Positions 45,742 through 55,718 of a stretch of DNA of 64,000 bases are shown piece after piece. Below the pieces are notes generated by a model. It did no database searches and was not told the origin of the DNA. It was given only the letters and a program-made list of their open reading frames with translations. A program made the position numbers and the translations under genes. The number at the start of each line of letters is the position of its first letter. Within the stretch, counting starts at the first letter, position 1. The stretch is taken from positions 354,022 to 418,021 of IMG/VR virus record IMGVR_UViG_3300022744_000001. One strand, 5' to 3'. This DNA comes from a virus.

Positions 45742-47203
45742 TACCCCCCACCCCTACCCTCCCCAAGAAGGATTGCCTCCAAACCTCGGGTGCGATCGGA
45801 GTCAAACCATCTCGGCCAGAGCGGTCCGGATTGAAGTTTTCTGCCGTGTTCTTGGGTTTGGACCCGGTTCGATTCACGACAGCCGAATCGAGGTCGGTCA
45901 ACGCGACAGCCTTGTCCCCCACAACGCTCGAGGGGATGAACGGGACCTTGTAGGGGTCCACTTTGGGCTTGGACGGCTCCGCAGGGGCCACAGAAGGCGG
46001 CGGTGGGGCCGCCTGGGGTTGCGGGGCCGGAGCGGGGCTCGAGGGCGGCGGTGGGGCCACTGTGGCAGCGGGCGGCGGAGCCAAAGGCTGCGCCACCGGA
46101 GCGGGCGCCATGACCGGAGCCAAAATGGCTTGAACCGCCTGCACCGGTGCGGAGACCACTCCCCCTCGAAGCTCGGAGGACAAAGTCGCGATATCACAGG
46201 TCAAACCGATGTAAGTGATGTACCGTGATCGCAAAAATCGTTGCGCAACCAGAATCGTCTGAGCCCCGTAAACGGAGTTCACCTGGGAAGCCAAGTCCCG
46301 GTCCATGAAACTGAAATCTGCCGACATGCCATTGGCCTGCCGAAATGAGTTCATGGCGGCCTCAGCCAAACCAGAGGCTGCCTCCTCCGCCGTAACCCGC
46401 TCACGAATCTTGTCGAGCAGAGCCAAAGCACTAGAGAGGTCCGATGGGATTCTCAGCAGAATTTCGTAGTAAACCGAAACCAAAGACAGGTTGAGCCGAT
46501 CCCGAACTCGCTCAAGGGTGATATCCCCGCCTTGGGAAATCGTCTCGAGTTGCTTCAGGATGTCGCGGAGGTGGCCCTCTTCATGGTCAATGACTGTGAG
46601 AACCCCGTCGTCCTCGTAGCCAACCCCTTCCTTCTCCAAGACCACGCGCTTCACCCACTCGAGGATTTCCTCTCGGGTAGCGCGACGAGCCATGTGCTCC
46701 TCGCAACGAGACTTGATGGGGCCACGTACCTTCTCTGGCTCAGTGGTGCAGAAGATGCCCACCATCGCCTTCTCTTCGATGGGTTTGAGCAGGACGTCCT
46801 GGGCGTCCTTGCTCATTCGGTGGCACTCATCGAAGAGGTAAATCCGCTTCGGGGCGTCAAGAACCGCAAACGGGAGTTCGTCTACAATCGCCCGAATGTG
46901 CTCAATCTTGCCCTGACTAGCCGCATCTCGTTCTTGGAAGGCTTGAGAAGAGTCCTCCAAAAACGCTTTGCAGTTGTCGCACTCGTTGCAGGGTTCCGGA
47001 TCGTCCGGGTTGAGACGCAGGCAGAGCATGGCTCGAGCCATGATGCGGCCGAGCGTCGTTTTACCCATGCCGTGGCCACCGGAGAACAGATAGCTCGTGT
47101 TCCACGCTGACCCATCCTTCAAGCGAGCCTTTAGGACCGCGATGGTCCCTTGCTGCCCAAGGACGTCTGCAAATCGCAAAGGACGATACTTTTTATCCCA
47201 CAC
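45728..47203 (-). CDS. dnaX: DNA polymerase III gamma/tau clamp-loader subunit
   Basis: KYRPLRFADVLGQ, GGHGMGKTT, PCNECDNC, FDECH, SRC; Pro-rich linker. Confidence 0.9.
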   Translation of the reverse strand: MWDKKYRPLRFADVLGQQGTIAVLKARLKDGSAWNTSYLFSGGHGMGKTTLGRIMARAMLCLRLNPDDPEPCNECDNCKAFLEDSSQAFQERDAASQGKIEHIRAIVDELPFAVLDAPKRIYLFDECHRMSKDAQDVLLKPIEEKAMVGIFCTTEPEKVRGPIKSRCEEHMARRATREEILEWVKRVVLEKEGVGYEDDGVLTVIDHEEGHLRDILKQLETISQGGDITLERVRDRLNLSLVSVYYEILLRIPSDLSSALALLDKIRERVTAEEAASGLAEAAMNSFRQANGMSADFSFMDRDLASQVNSVYGAQTILVAQRFLRSRYITYIGLTCDIATLSSELRGGVVSAPVQAVQAILAPVMAPAPVAQPLAPPPAATVAPPPPSSPAPAPQPQAAPPPPSVAPAEPSKPKVDPYKVPFIPSSVVGDKAVALTDLDSAVVNRTGSKPKNTAENFNPDRSGRDGLTPIAPEVWRQSFLGRVGVGGIGRG

Positions 47204-47211
47204 AACGAACC

Positions 47212-47724
47212 TCAGTCAGCCGTAAGAAGTCCTTCGACGATGTTCTCCGCATCCTCCTCTGAGTCCTCGGTCTCCTCCTCGTCGGTCATGAACCCAAGGT
47301 CAAGCTCTTTAGCGACCGTGGCAAACTGGGCCAAGTCATCGTGCCATGCGCCGTGGCGCCGGAAGATGCTGCTGAATTCGTGGACGTCGGGAAGGCGTAC
47401 CGACCATTTCATGGCCGCAGTCTTCTCGTCTTCCTCTCCTGCGCAACGCTCCAAGAGGTGGTCAACGAGTGCTGTACGCTTGCTGTTGTCCAGCGTGTTC
47501 CAGATCTCCAGCGGTACCTCGACGAGAAAATGCACGTCGATCAGGTACAGCATGAGGTCGCTCATTTTCTTGACGGTACCCATGACCGCCTTACCGCCCT
47601 TCTTGCTGGCTTTGTCGCGAAACAAGAAGCGAAACTTGGCGGTAGCCAAATGAGGGTGCTGGTTCGTGATCAGGTGGGTCGCAATCTGCCCAATTTCCTC
47701 TGCTTCTCCGTAGACGGTACCCAT
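47212..47724 (-). CDS. Phage metallopeptidase-like protein, degenerate active site
   Basis: HPHL, WNTL...ALVDHLLERC, PDVHEF..IFRRHGAW; usual HELxH not intact. Confidence 0.65.
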   Translation of the reverse strand: MGTVYGEAEEIGQIATHLITNQHPHLATAKFRFLFRDKASKKGGKAVMGTVKKMSDLMLYLIDVHFLVEVPLEIWNTLDNSKRTALVDHLLERCAGEEDEKTAAMKWSVRLPDVHEFSSIFRRHGAWHDDLAQFATVAKELDLGFMTDEEETEDSEEDAENIVEGLLTAD

Positions 47725-47728
47725 AGTT

Positions 47729-48430
47729 CTACTCCAACTGTGCGCGTAAAAACGGGACCAATCGGTCGTCGCCCCACGCTTCCCAAAGGTCACCCGGGTC
47801 CTTCACCTTGACCCCGTTCGCCATAACAACACCGCGGGGGTACGTTACCTCGCGAGTATCGAACAGGTTTCCGTAGAACCGGTGAAAGTTCTTCCGACCA
47901 CGGTCCCCTGCTTCGTCGTCGTCGAGAAGCAAGTAGACCTGCTGGACCATCCGGAGCATGGACCGAACAAGGTCATCCCGAACTTTGGCAGTCAAGATGG
48001 CCACTACGTTGGGGGCCGCCCGCTGCACGGGGAACAGGTCGAAAACACCCTCGACCAAACACACCTTCCCGGTCCGCCACACTTCTGGGGCCGCTTGCCC
48101 GAGCCCAAACAAGACCGCTTGTGTCTTGTCGAGGATGAAGTCCGTGTAGCCCTTCTTCTCACGAGACAAGGGGCGAAACTGCAACCCCTTCACCTCCCCC
48201 AACCAATCGGTCAAGGGAAGGACCAAAAAGTCTTCCAGCTTGGTCCCACTCAAAGACCAATCGAGGAAGGCTCCTGGGTACTCGATGTCCGAGGGAAGCT
48301 CCCGGTCGATGTACCCGATCTGGTACAGGCTCATCTGTTCGTCGGTGACTCCACGACCCCAAAGAGCCTCACGAGCGTGCTCGGGGAGAGCGGCGTGGCA
48401 TTGAGCTGTGAAACTGTCGATCCAAGCCAT
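47729..48430 (-). CDS. DnaG-type primase catalytic core (TOPRIM)
   Basis: RGVT..YQIGY, LVLPL..GLQFR, LVEGVFD, LDDDEAG, KDPGD; no N-terminal CHC2 domain. Confidence 0.8.
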   Translation of the reverse strand: MAWIDSFTAQCHAALPEHAREALWGRGVTDEQMSLYQIGYIDRELPSDIEYPGAFLDWSLSGTKLEDFLVLPLTDWLGEVKGLQFRPLSREKKGYTDFILDKTQAVLFGLGQAAPEVWRTGKVCLVEGVFDLFPVQRAAPNVVAILTAKVRDDLVRSMLRMVQQVYLLLDDDEAGDRGRKNFHRFYGNLFDTREVTYPRGVVMANGVKVKDPGDLWEAWGDDRLVPFLRAQLE

Positions 48431-48451
48431 GAGGCCATGGAAGACACCGGT

Positions 48452-48988
48452 TCAATGCTCCGGGGGTAGAAGTTTCGACGGGTCGAAAGCTGGCAAAGCT
48501 GTTTCAAGACGTGGGCGCATCAACCACACAAACCAACGACGCCACCAATGAAGCTTCGGGGTACGAGTCTCCCCGAGCACCCAGAGAAGGGCGTGCACCT
48601 CGGGGAGGTTGCGCCTCACCCACTCGGAGTCCTGGAGTTGGGAGTCCAGCTCCTTGGAGACCTCCTCGCGAGACTTGGCCGGGGTAAAGTACGGGCACCG
48701 TTTGGCGTCGATGGGCTCGTCACAAATGGAGCCTGCCCACTGCACCGGGTCCTCCGCCCCGAGCATGCACAAGCCGATGGTCTGGGGCACGGGAGCCCCG
48801 TTCTCCCTGCTGATGCGGTTGTACTGCGGATTGGGGTCCCCGAGTGCGCGTTTACGGGCGTCCAGAGGTTGCCGGTGGTTGTGCACGCACCGATGCGGTA
48901 GGCGTTCTACAATCTCGGCAAACCGACGAGTGACCTCGGCCTGCACCAGCTCTTGGAGACGCGCCCGAACCTCACCCTCGGTCTTCAT
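48452..48988 (-). CDS. Cys-containing hypothetical protein
   Basis: CVHNH...LCM...ICD...CPYF; W/R-rich C-terminal helix. Confidence 0.55.
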   Translation of the reverse strand: MKTEGEVRARLQELVQAEVTRRFAEIVERLPHRCVHNHRQPLDARKRALGDPNPQYNRISRENGAPVPQTIGLCMLGAEDPVQWAGSICDEPIDAKRCPYFTPAKSREEVSKELDSQLQDSEWVRRNLPEVHALLWVLGETRTPKLHWWRRWFVWLMRPRLETALPAFDPSKLLPPEH

Positions 48989-49620
48989 GCAGAACCCCGA
49001 ATCTTCCGAACCACGAAATACTCGCGACCATCTTCTGACCGCGAGTCCCCTTGGTAGCCAACCGTGGCGTGCTCCAAAAAGGCGTGGGTATGGGTGACCA
49101 ACAAGATGGGGAGCCCGCTACTTTCAGAGAGCTTCCGCAAGAAGATTCCCGTCGCCTCGACATATTGCTCTGCAACGGCCGCTAGGGTTTCGTCGAGGAA
49201 CAACATTCGGTACCGCTTCAACCTGAGCAGGATCAGAACCCGTAGAATCAAGCTGATGATACTGGCGGGACCTCCGCCGAACGAGTCCAACGGGTGGCCC
49301 TTAATGTCTCCTTGGCAGACATAGGGTTCAGCACAAACCTTGTTGTACTTGTGGGAAAGCTCGAGCTTGAAGGACAAGTCCTGGTCTGCGAAAATGGATT
49401 TCAACCCCTCGGACACAACTGACTCAAGGGCCTGAACCTGCCCGAAAACCATCTTGTCCATGAGAATTCGGTAGAGTTCGAGCACCTTGGTGAGCACGTC
49501 TTGCTGCTCCGCCAGACGCTCGACCTCCTGGCGTCGAGCCAGAAGGTCTACCACGACCTGATCCCGATTTGCTTGAAGTCGTTCAGCCTTGCTCTGAACC
49601 GCCCTCAAGCGCTCCCTCAT
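48985..49620 (-). CDS. SbcC/Rad50-like ATPase, C-terminal half
   Basis: Coiled coil, signature-like SFGGG, Walker B LFLDE, H-loop LVTH; start MRER via ATGA coupling. Confidence 0.82.
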   Translation of the reverse strand: MRERLRAVQSKAERLQANRDQVVVDLLARRQEVERLAEQQDVLTKVLELYRILMDKMVFGQVQALESVVSEGLKSIFADQDLSFKLELSHKYNKVCAEPYVCQGDIKGHPLDSFGGGPASIISLILRVLILLRLKRYRMLFLDETLAAVAEQYVEATGIFLRKLSESSGLPILLVTHTHAFLEHATVGYQGDSRSEDGREYFVVRKIRGSA

Positions 49621-50828
49621 TTTGAGGACGCGAACCGTGTCACCTGGCACTCGAACGCCTCCGCGGCTTCGACCACGACCTTACCGGTCGCATCGATGTT
49701 GAACGTGTCGATGGTGCGGAACATACCCACGTCATTACGACGGTCCCCAGAGGCCGGGACCACGCAAACACGAAGGTCGATTTCGTGCCCCTTGGCCGAG
49801 TTGAAAAGCTCGAGCATGTGCTGGATGTTCACCCCGAAGGACCACGGCTTGGGCTCAGCCTGCTTCACGTTGACCTGGATCGGGATGCCCTCGACCTTGG
49901 CCGAACCTGCGGCCACCTCGAGACTCAAGGTCCGCCGCTCAGGGTCGAAGCTGATTCGGATCTTGTTGTCGTCCTTGTCCAGCTCGCTCTTGATGTGCTG
50001 CAACGAGTTGAGGATGCGCGCCTTGACCACCGAAAGGACGTACTGGTCCTTGTTGAGGCCGTAGTACCCATACTTCGGGTGCCCCTTCGTATGCTTGGGC
50101 CATCCGAAGACATTCCCCGCCTTGTCCACGGCGAACGTGAAGTGCTTGCCCTTGCGGATAGTAACCGCGTCATTGGTGCGGCTGAGGAACTTCTCGAGCT
50201 GGCTCAAATGCTGCCCGTGAATGTCCAACGACTTGCCCGCGAACGCAGAGGTTCGGTAGTAGAAGGTTCGAGTACCATCGGTGACGAACAGGGTGCCATC
50301 GCCCTTGGCGTACTCCGCCTTCTTGGCGTCGAGGACTTGTAGCCCCTTCAAATTCTCGTCGGCGTTGTCCTCTTTGCTGATGAACGGCTTCGCCTGAGAA
50401 ATGGCTTCACGAAGGAGACCGGGCATGAAGCTGCTGGACTCTTCCGACTCCTCCAGGTCCTGGTCACAGGTCTCAAGAATCCTGGGGTCGAACGAGCCTC
50501 GCTCGGCCTTGGCCCCCGAAGAGGACTTGTACCGAACCGTGAATTTCTCCCCGTCTTGCAGGGCTTCGATCTCGCAGGTGTCCGAGGTCGAGGACAGAAC
50601 CTTGAGCGCGTTGATGTACTCGGCCGGGTAGGCAAACGAACCGTCCCCATCCGACTCCTTGAGCGCGAACTGGGCCCGGGCAACACACGCGGTGTCGCGA
50701 GAGTACACAAAGCACTTCTCGCCTTTCACCACGAAGAGGAACCCTGCCGCACCCGTGATCTTTGGAGGGACGATAGAGGCCAGGTCGAGTGCCGCCACCA
50801 GGTTTTCCATGTCAAACGAAATCTTCAT
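49617..50828 (-). CDS. Divergent DNA sliding clamp (beta-clamp-like)
   Basis: Three-domain periodicity, LREAISQ..FIS...LKGL, VTDG.R, FGVN..HMLE; in the same module as dnaX. Confidence 0.65.
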   Translation of the reverse strand: MKISFDMENLVAALDLASIVPPKITGAAGFLFVVKGEKCFVYSRDTACVARAQFALKESDGDGSFAYPAEYINALKVLSSTSDTCEIEALQDGEKFTVRYKSSSGAKAERGSFDPRILETCDQDLEESEESSSFMPGLLREAISQAKPFISKEDNADENLKGLQVLDAKKAEYAKGDGTLFVTDGTRTFYYRTSAFAGKSLDIHGQHLSQLEKFLSRTNDAVTIRKGKHFTFAVDKAGNVFGWPKHTKGHPKYGYYGLNKDQYVLSVVKARILNSLQHIKSELDKDDNKIRISFDPERRTLSLEVAAGSAKVEGIPIQVNVKQAEPKPWSFGVNIQHMLELFNSAKGHEIDLRVCVVPASGDRRNDVGMFRTIDTFNIDATGKVVVEAAEAFECQVTRFASSK

Positions 50829-50839
50829 CTGATCTTCTC

Positions 50840-51118
50840 CTACTTGCGGTAGAACTCTTCGATGCTGTTCTCGGCCTTGACGAGTTGAGCCTCGTAGACT
50901 TCCATCATGTCCTCGAGCTGCTTCTTCTGCTGCTCGTACTCATCCTTGATCGTCTTCGGGTTGTACCCAGCGCTCTGAATGTCCTTGACGAGGTTCGTCA
51001 GTTCCTCTTTCTTGGCATTCAATGACCCGAGAATCTCCGCCCGCTGCTGCTTCACCTTCTTGGCTCGAGCAGACAGCTCCTGGAGTTTCTTCTGCAACAC
51101 GTCGATGTCAATACCCAT
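50840..51118 (-). CDS. Small coiled-coil protein
   Basis: 92-aa helical hairpin with GYNP turn. Confidence 0.65.
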   Translation of the reverse strand: MGIDIDVLQKKLQELSARAKKVKQQRAEILGSLNAKKEELTNLVKDIQSAGYNPKTIKDEYEQQKKQLEDMMEVYEAQLVKAENSIEEFYRK

Positions 51119-51129
51119 GTACGTCCCTC

Positions 51130-52140
51130 TCAGTCATCGTCGAGGCCCAACGAAAACTCTGTTACACCTACGGGCAGGGTAACTTTGGCTTTCCGTTTGC
51201 GACCCTCAATTTGAGCGACATATTTTCGACCTGCTTCACAGATCTCGGAGTAGTTGCACAGGGTACAATGGTGCCCAGCCTGGGTAGGGAATAGCTCCTC
51301 CCGCAACTCTTCTCGAGCTTGCTTGCTAGCGGTTTCCACAAGCTGTGCAGACGTACGGTCGATTCGCTTGATCGTTGAGAGGGCCTCCTCTTTCAAGAGG
51401 TCAAGATCGCTCTCTGTGAAAGGTACCCAATCAACAGCCTTGTCATCGGCGAAGCGCCAGAAAATGTAGGCCAAAGCGTCCGGGGGTCGCTTGAACTTCT
51501 CGCGGTAGAGGGTAGCGTACCACTTGAGCTGGGTACCTTCGACCGGATCACCTTTCTTCCGAGGTTTCCCTTCAAGGTACTTGTCCCGGTGCTTCGAGCC
51601 CTTGCCATCGATGATCACCAGGTCCCCGTGCGGGGCTACCCGCTGGACTACGAAGTCAGCTCGACCACCCATCACATGGGGGCCAAACCTGGCATCCAAC
51701 TTCATCTCCGCTTCCATGAAGGGGCCCACGAACTTGTGTCGGCGAATGGTGTTGACACCATTGACGATAGCCTCATGCGCATGGGCAATCAGCTCCTTGC
51801 GCCCTCGAGCCATAGCTTCCGACTTGGTGAGACCATCCTTGTTCTCGGGGTAGTTGGACTTCTCGTCGGACCAATCCACCACTCGACCTTGCCGAACGGC
51901 ATCCTGGATCGTTTTGTCGAGGGTGGGCTCAATCAAGTCCTTCAAAGCGGAGACATAGTCCGGGCGCTTGAAGATCTTCTGCGCGTAGAAGTTCTCGAAC
52001 ACCACGCCTACAGTCGAGCCGTACAGAGAGTTGACCCCGTTTTCCGGCTTCTCCATGCGGGTCTTGTTCACGTAGCTATGCCAATACTGCAACGGGCAGG
52101 TGGTATAGCATTTCCAGCCTGAATAGGAGAGATACGTCAT
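51130..52140 (-). CDS. PD-(D/E)XK nuclease (RecB/AddB/Cas4-like)
   Basis: LSYSG...CP, GRADFV, IIDGKG, QLKWY, HCTLCNYSEIC (four-Cys cluster). Confidence 0.85.
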   Translation of the reverse strand: MTYLSYSGWKCYTTCPLQYWHSYVNKTRMEKPENGVNSLYGSTVGVVFENFYAQKIFKRPDYVSALKDLIEPTLDKTIQDAVRQGRVVDWSDEKSNYPENKDGLTKSEAMARGRKELIAHAHEAIVNGVNTIRRHKFVGPFMEAEMKLDARFGPHVMGGRADFVVQRVAPHGDLVIIDGKGSKHRDKYLEGKPRKKGDPVEGTQLKWYATLYREKFKRPPDALAYIFWRFADDKAVDWVPFTESDLDLLKEEALSTIKRIDRTSAQLVETASKQAREELREELFPTQAGHHCTLCNYSEICEAGRKYVAQIEGRKRKAKVTLPVGVTEFSLGLDDD

Positions 52141-53114
52141 CCGACCTCGCCTCCCTTTTCGTAGTAGTACAAAGCAGCATCACGCACGTTCTGGGCGAAC
52201 TCCATGCGTCTGATGTTCTCCCCGACGTCCTGAGACGGGTCGAACTCCACATCGGCAAGAAGGCGGTTCACGAACTGGTCGATGTCCTTGTGTTCGCGCT
52301 CTTGGATAGCCTTGCGCTCAAGGTCGAACACCTCGGCCGCAGGGGCAACAGAGAGCGGAATCTGTGTGACCTTGATCTCGCCACCGTCGATTTCGATGAG
52401 GGAGACTTTGGGGGCCCGCTCGAGGTTCTCGCGCACCAAAGCCCCACGGGAAACCGCCCCCTGGTTAATGAAGTGGCGCCCCTCAATTTCCTCAACCCCT
52501 TGATCCCGATGCCAATGCCCAAAGCACACAGCATCGGGGCCGTTCCGACGCACGAGCGCCTCGTAGCGGAACACGGGCTCGTTGAAGAAGTCCTCGACGT
52601 TGGGGGGAGGGTTCAACCCCGCCAAGGCGTGCACAACCATAATGAGGTGGGTGTCCCCCGGTTGCTTCTGCACCCTGAGCAGGTCCTCGAGAGAGCGCTC
52701 CGGGCTGTAGGGTACCCCCACAACGCGCACTTGCAGGTTGCCGTCTTTGAACACCTGCTCTCGAAGGTGTCCAAAGACCCCCGTCGCATAGAGCACCCCC
52801 AAGGGCTGCCTGGAGATCGTCTCGAGGTTATTTGCGGAAAGGTCGTGGTTACCTTCGATGCAGAAAGTGGGGCAAGGGTACTCTCGATGAACACGGGCCG
52901 TCCGCTCCACAAGGGCGTGCGGGTTGCGAGACGCAGCCTTCACGTGGAAGTAGTCCCCGCCGTCGAGCACTGCGTTCACCTCGTGCGCCTTGGCGAGCTG
53001 GCCAATTTGCTCGAGGTTGGACCAGATCTCAGTTGGGTAATCCCCCTTCCAAGACTCCGGGCTCCGGTCCGAAACGTGGACATCAGTCCGGAAGAGAAAT
53101 GACAGCCGCGACAT
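52137..53114 (-). CDS. SbcD/Mre11-like metallophosphoesterase nuclease
   Basis: TDVH, GGDYFH, GNHD, VVH, GHWH, NQGA.SR. Confidence 0.88.
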   Translation of the reverse strand: MSRLSFLFRTDVHVSDRSPESWKGDYPTEIWSNLEQIGQLAKAHEVNAVLDGGDYFHVKAASRNPHALVERTARVHREYPCPTFCIEGNHDLSANNLETISRQPLGVLYATGVFGHLREQVFKDGNLQVRVVGVPYSPERSLEDLLRVQKQPGDTHLIMVVHALAGLNPPPNVEDFFNEPVFRYEALVRRNGPDAVCFGHWHRDQGVEEIEGRHFINQGAVSRGALVRENLERAPKVSLIEIDGGEIKVTQIPLSVAPAAEVFDLERKAIQEREHKDIDQFVNRLLADVEFDPSQDVGENIRRMEFAQNVRDAALYYYEKGGEVG

Positions 53115-54450
53115 GGGCGTGACCCTCCTTCATCGGTCTTGCGCACGTGGGGCAAACCCCCAGCGCATCAATCTCAGCCTCGATGGCGGCTTCCTCTGCC
53201 CCGAGCTTCTTGGCCTGGGCATCGAGGTCGCGGACGACCGGCGGAAGGGGCTCCAACCGGGCCAGGAACCTCTGGATGGCCCGAGCCTTGTCCGCCTGAC
53301 CCTCGAGCAGGACCACATCCCCAGGCTCGTGGGCGAGCTTCTCGTGGGCGGCGAGGGTTTCTTTGTGCTTCCGAAGTTGACTCATCCACGCCCCAAGGCG
53401 CTGCACCTCTCCCGCAGGACCCACCACAGGGTCGTCCTCGGGGAAGGGCCGAAGGGTTTCTTCGACCGAAGCCAGGGTATGCACTTCTCGTGACCGACGA
53501 TCGTAGTCCACCTCGAACCGGGCCAACTGCACCACTCGCCCGAGGTCTTCGACGAGCTGGTCTGGGTCGTCGAACTCGACCTTGCTTGCCTGCCCCAAGC
53601 GGCGAACGTCGTGGGCCAAACCGTCGAGGGTTTCGTGGTAGCGGCGGCACTCACGGGCTTTGACGAAAAGAGCCTCGATTTCTGCGGGCTCATCCACGTC
53701 AATTTTCGATGCCTCTTGCAGGCGCCGAATGTCCTTGGCCAAGCCCTCAAGGGACAGAACAAACCGCTCGAGCTGCTCGACCTTGCGTTGCGCCTCGAGA
53801 AGGTTGTCCAACGCCTTCTCGGCCTCACCCACGGTCTTCACAGCCTCGTTGAGGCCCTCGTACTGGCTCAGCTTCCCCTCAAGCTCCTTGACGTCGCCTT
53901 CCCGCGTCTTGCGGGAAGCCACCACTTCACGGCGGTCTTTCTCAGCCAGTTTCGTTGCGGTGTTGATGCGGTCAAGGCGGGAAACATCCGAAATCGCCTC
54001 AGCAATGGCGGGGCCCGACTGGTTCAGCAGGAAAATCGGGAAAAACTGGTCCGCAATCTGTAGGCTCCCCAGGTCTCCAACCTTCACCGGGGCGAAGCCC
54101 GCCTCGCACAAGAACTCCGGTACGCCCGGGCCAGGTTTGTCGAACATCTGGCCGTTGTAGTGGTACCGGTTGATTGCATCGCCCTTCTCCCAGAGAAGGT
54201 CAAACCCCTCGGCTTTGATGTGGACCGAGGACTGGCACTTGCAAGTCTTTCCGTTCTTACGTGCGAGGCGGGCACAGTCTCGACCGTGCCGGACATACGA
54301 GGTTCCAAGAGGGTTGGTCAAAGCACACCGGATGGCGCGAATGACTGCGCTCTTCCCGATGTTCGAGCGCCCCACCAGAGCCGAGAAACCCTCGAGTTTG
54401 ATGTGGAGGTGCTCAATCGACTGGAACCCCTTGACCTCGACGTCAATCAT
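53083..54450 (-). CDS. SbcC/Rad50-like ATPase, N-terminal half ending in the zinc hook
   Basis: GFQS, Walker A GRSNIGKS, Q-loop ADQF, coiled coil, terminal CPTC. Confidence 0.85.
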   Translation of the reverse strand: MIDVEVKGFQSIEHLHIKLEGFSALVGRSNIGKSAVIRAIRCALTNPLGTSYVRHGRDCARLARKNGKTCKCQSSVHIKAEGFDLLWEKGDAINRYHYNGQMFDKPGPGVPEFLCEAGFAPVKVGDLGSLQIADQFFPIFLLNQSGPAIAEAISDVSRLDRINTATKLAEKDRREVVASRKTREGDVKELEGKLSQYEGLNEAVKTVGEAEKALDNLLEAQRKVEQLERFVLSLEGLAKDIRRLQEASKIDVDEPAEIEALFVKARECRRYHETLDGLAHDVRRLGQASKVEFDDPDQLVEDLGRVVQLARFEVDYDRRSREVHTLASVEETLRPFPEDDPVVGPAGEVQRLGAWMSQLRKHKETLAAHEKLAHEPGDVVLLEGQADKARAIQRFLARLEPLPPVVRDLDAQAKKLGAEEAAIEAEIDALGVCPTCARPMKEGHAHVAAVISLPD

Positions 54451-55718
54451 GACCCTTCGACCTCACTCTCCTCCAAAGTCTGTTCGATGGCGTCGATGAT
54501 ATCGTCGTCGTCATCCTCACCATCCTCTCGAAGGTCGGAGATGATGTCCTCGTCCTCGATTTCCTCCTCTTCCGCAATCCCCTTCAAGCTCTTCTCGTCG
54601 ATGATCGCTTGCATGACCTTCAGCCGAAGGTCTTCGGTCAGCTTCGGGTTCCCAATGAGGTACTTGCGGAGGCGCTCCTTGCCCTTGAAGGTTTGACCCG
54701 CAAAGGTGTAGTTAGAGCCGGACTTCACCACGATTTTGCGAGGGGCCGCGCTTTCGATGAGCGACATATACTGGTCCACACCAGTACCGAACCGGATGAA
54801 AACCTCGGTGGTGTACCCTTGGGTACCTGACACCTTGTTCTTGACCACCTTGACCTGGGTCACGTTCCCGTAAGGGAACTTGCGCTTTTTCCCGGTGTCC
54901 GGATCGATCTTCTCCACCGTTTCGGACTTGATTCGAGTCGTCTTGAGGCGCAGGTAGCAGTAGAACTTGAGAGCCTTGCCGCCAGAGGTGTTGTCCTCAG
55001 CCGGGGCTCGTCCGCCTCCCGTCGAAATGGCCGCACGGGTCTGGTTGATGAACACGCAGGTGGTGCCGGACTGCTCGAGTCGCATGTTGAGGCGTGGCAG
55101 GTACTTCGACATAGTCGAAGCAAGGATGCCGATCTTCTGCGGGTCATCCACTTTCTTCTCGAGTTCAGACGCGGGGATCATGGCTGCCACCGAGTCCGTA
55201 ACGATGAGGTCCACCTTCTCGTGGCAAGCGAGAAGCATGATCTTGATTCCATCCTCGAAGGTTTCGGGCTGGAACACCTCGAACGTGCCCGACTCGAAAT
55301 CGATTCCGATTGCCTCGGCGTACTCGATGTCCAAGGCGTGCTCGTAGTCGAGGAAGAGCACACGACCACCGGCCCGCTGCACGGCCAATGCAAGCTGCAA
55401 AGCGAGGGTCGTTTTACCGCTCGACTCTGCCCCGTAGATCTCGATGATGCGCCCCTTGGGGAACCCAGGGCACTTCATCTCCTTCTTGTCCCGGGTCAAC
55501 TCTCCGCCAATGATCGTGTCAATCTGCACGATCGATGACGGGAGGTGTGCAAGCTGGCCACGCTTGATCTCGAGCGGCGCCAATTTACCCTTGGTCGCTT
55601 TGCTCACCAGCCCGACGAGGCCCGCCAAGGTCTTGTTCGGCTTCACAGGCGAAGCCGCCGTAGCCTTCCCAGCCGGGGCTTTCTTTTTCTTCTTGTCCTC
55701 TTCCGCGGTCGCAGTCAT
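54447..55718 (-). CDS. recA: RecA recombinase
   Basis: GRIIEIYGAESSGKTT, DYEHALD, DSVAAM, FINQ, SGGKALKFY, KNKV. Confidence 0.93.
   Translation of the reverse strand: MTATAEEDKKKKKAPAGKATAASPVKPNKTLAGLVGLVSKATKGKLAPLEIKRGQLAHLPSSIVQIDTIIGGELTRDKKEMKCPGFPKGRIIEIYGAESSGKTTLALQLALAVQRAGGRVLFLDYEHALDIEYAEAIGIDFESGTFEVFQPETFEDGIKIMLLACHEKVDLIVTDSVAAMIPASELEKKVDDPQKIGILASTMSKYLPRLNMRLEQSGTTCVFINQTRAAISTGGGRAPAEDNTSGGKALKFYCYLRLKTTRIKSETVEKIDPDTGKKRKFPYGNVTQVKVVKNKVSGTQGYTTEVFIRFGTGVDQYMSLIESAAPRKIVVKSGSNYTFAGQTFKGKERLRKYLIGNPKLTEDLRLKVMQAIIDEKSLKGIAEEEEIEDEDIISDLREDGEDDDDDIIDAIEQTLEESEVEGS

Noticed and set aside
45728-47203. Programmed frameshift in dnaX as in E. coli
   Set aside because: No A AAA AAG or long A-run slippery site noticed near the linker
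51130-52140. Cas4-like nuclease as evidence of CRISPR-Cas
   Set aside because: No array or other cas genes; lies in a recombination module
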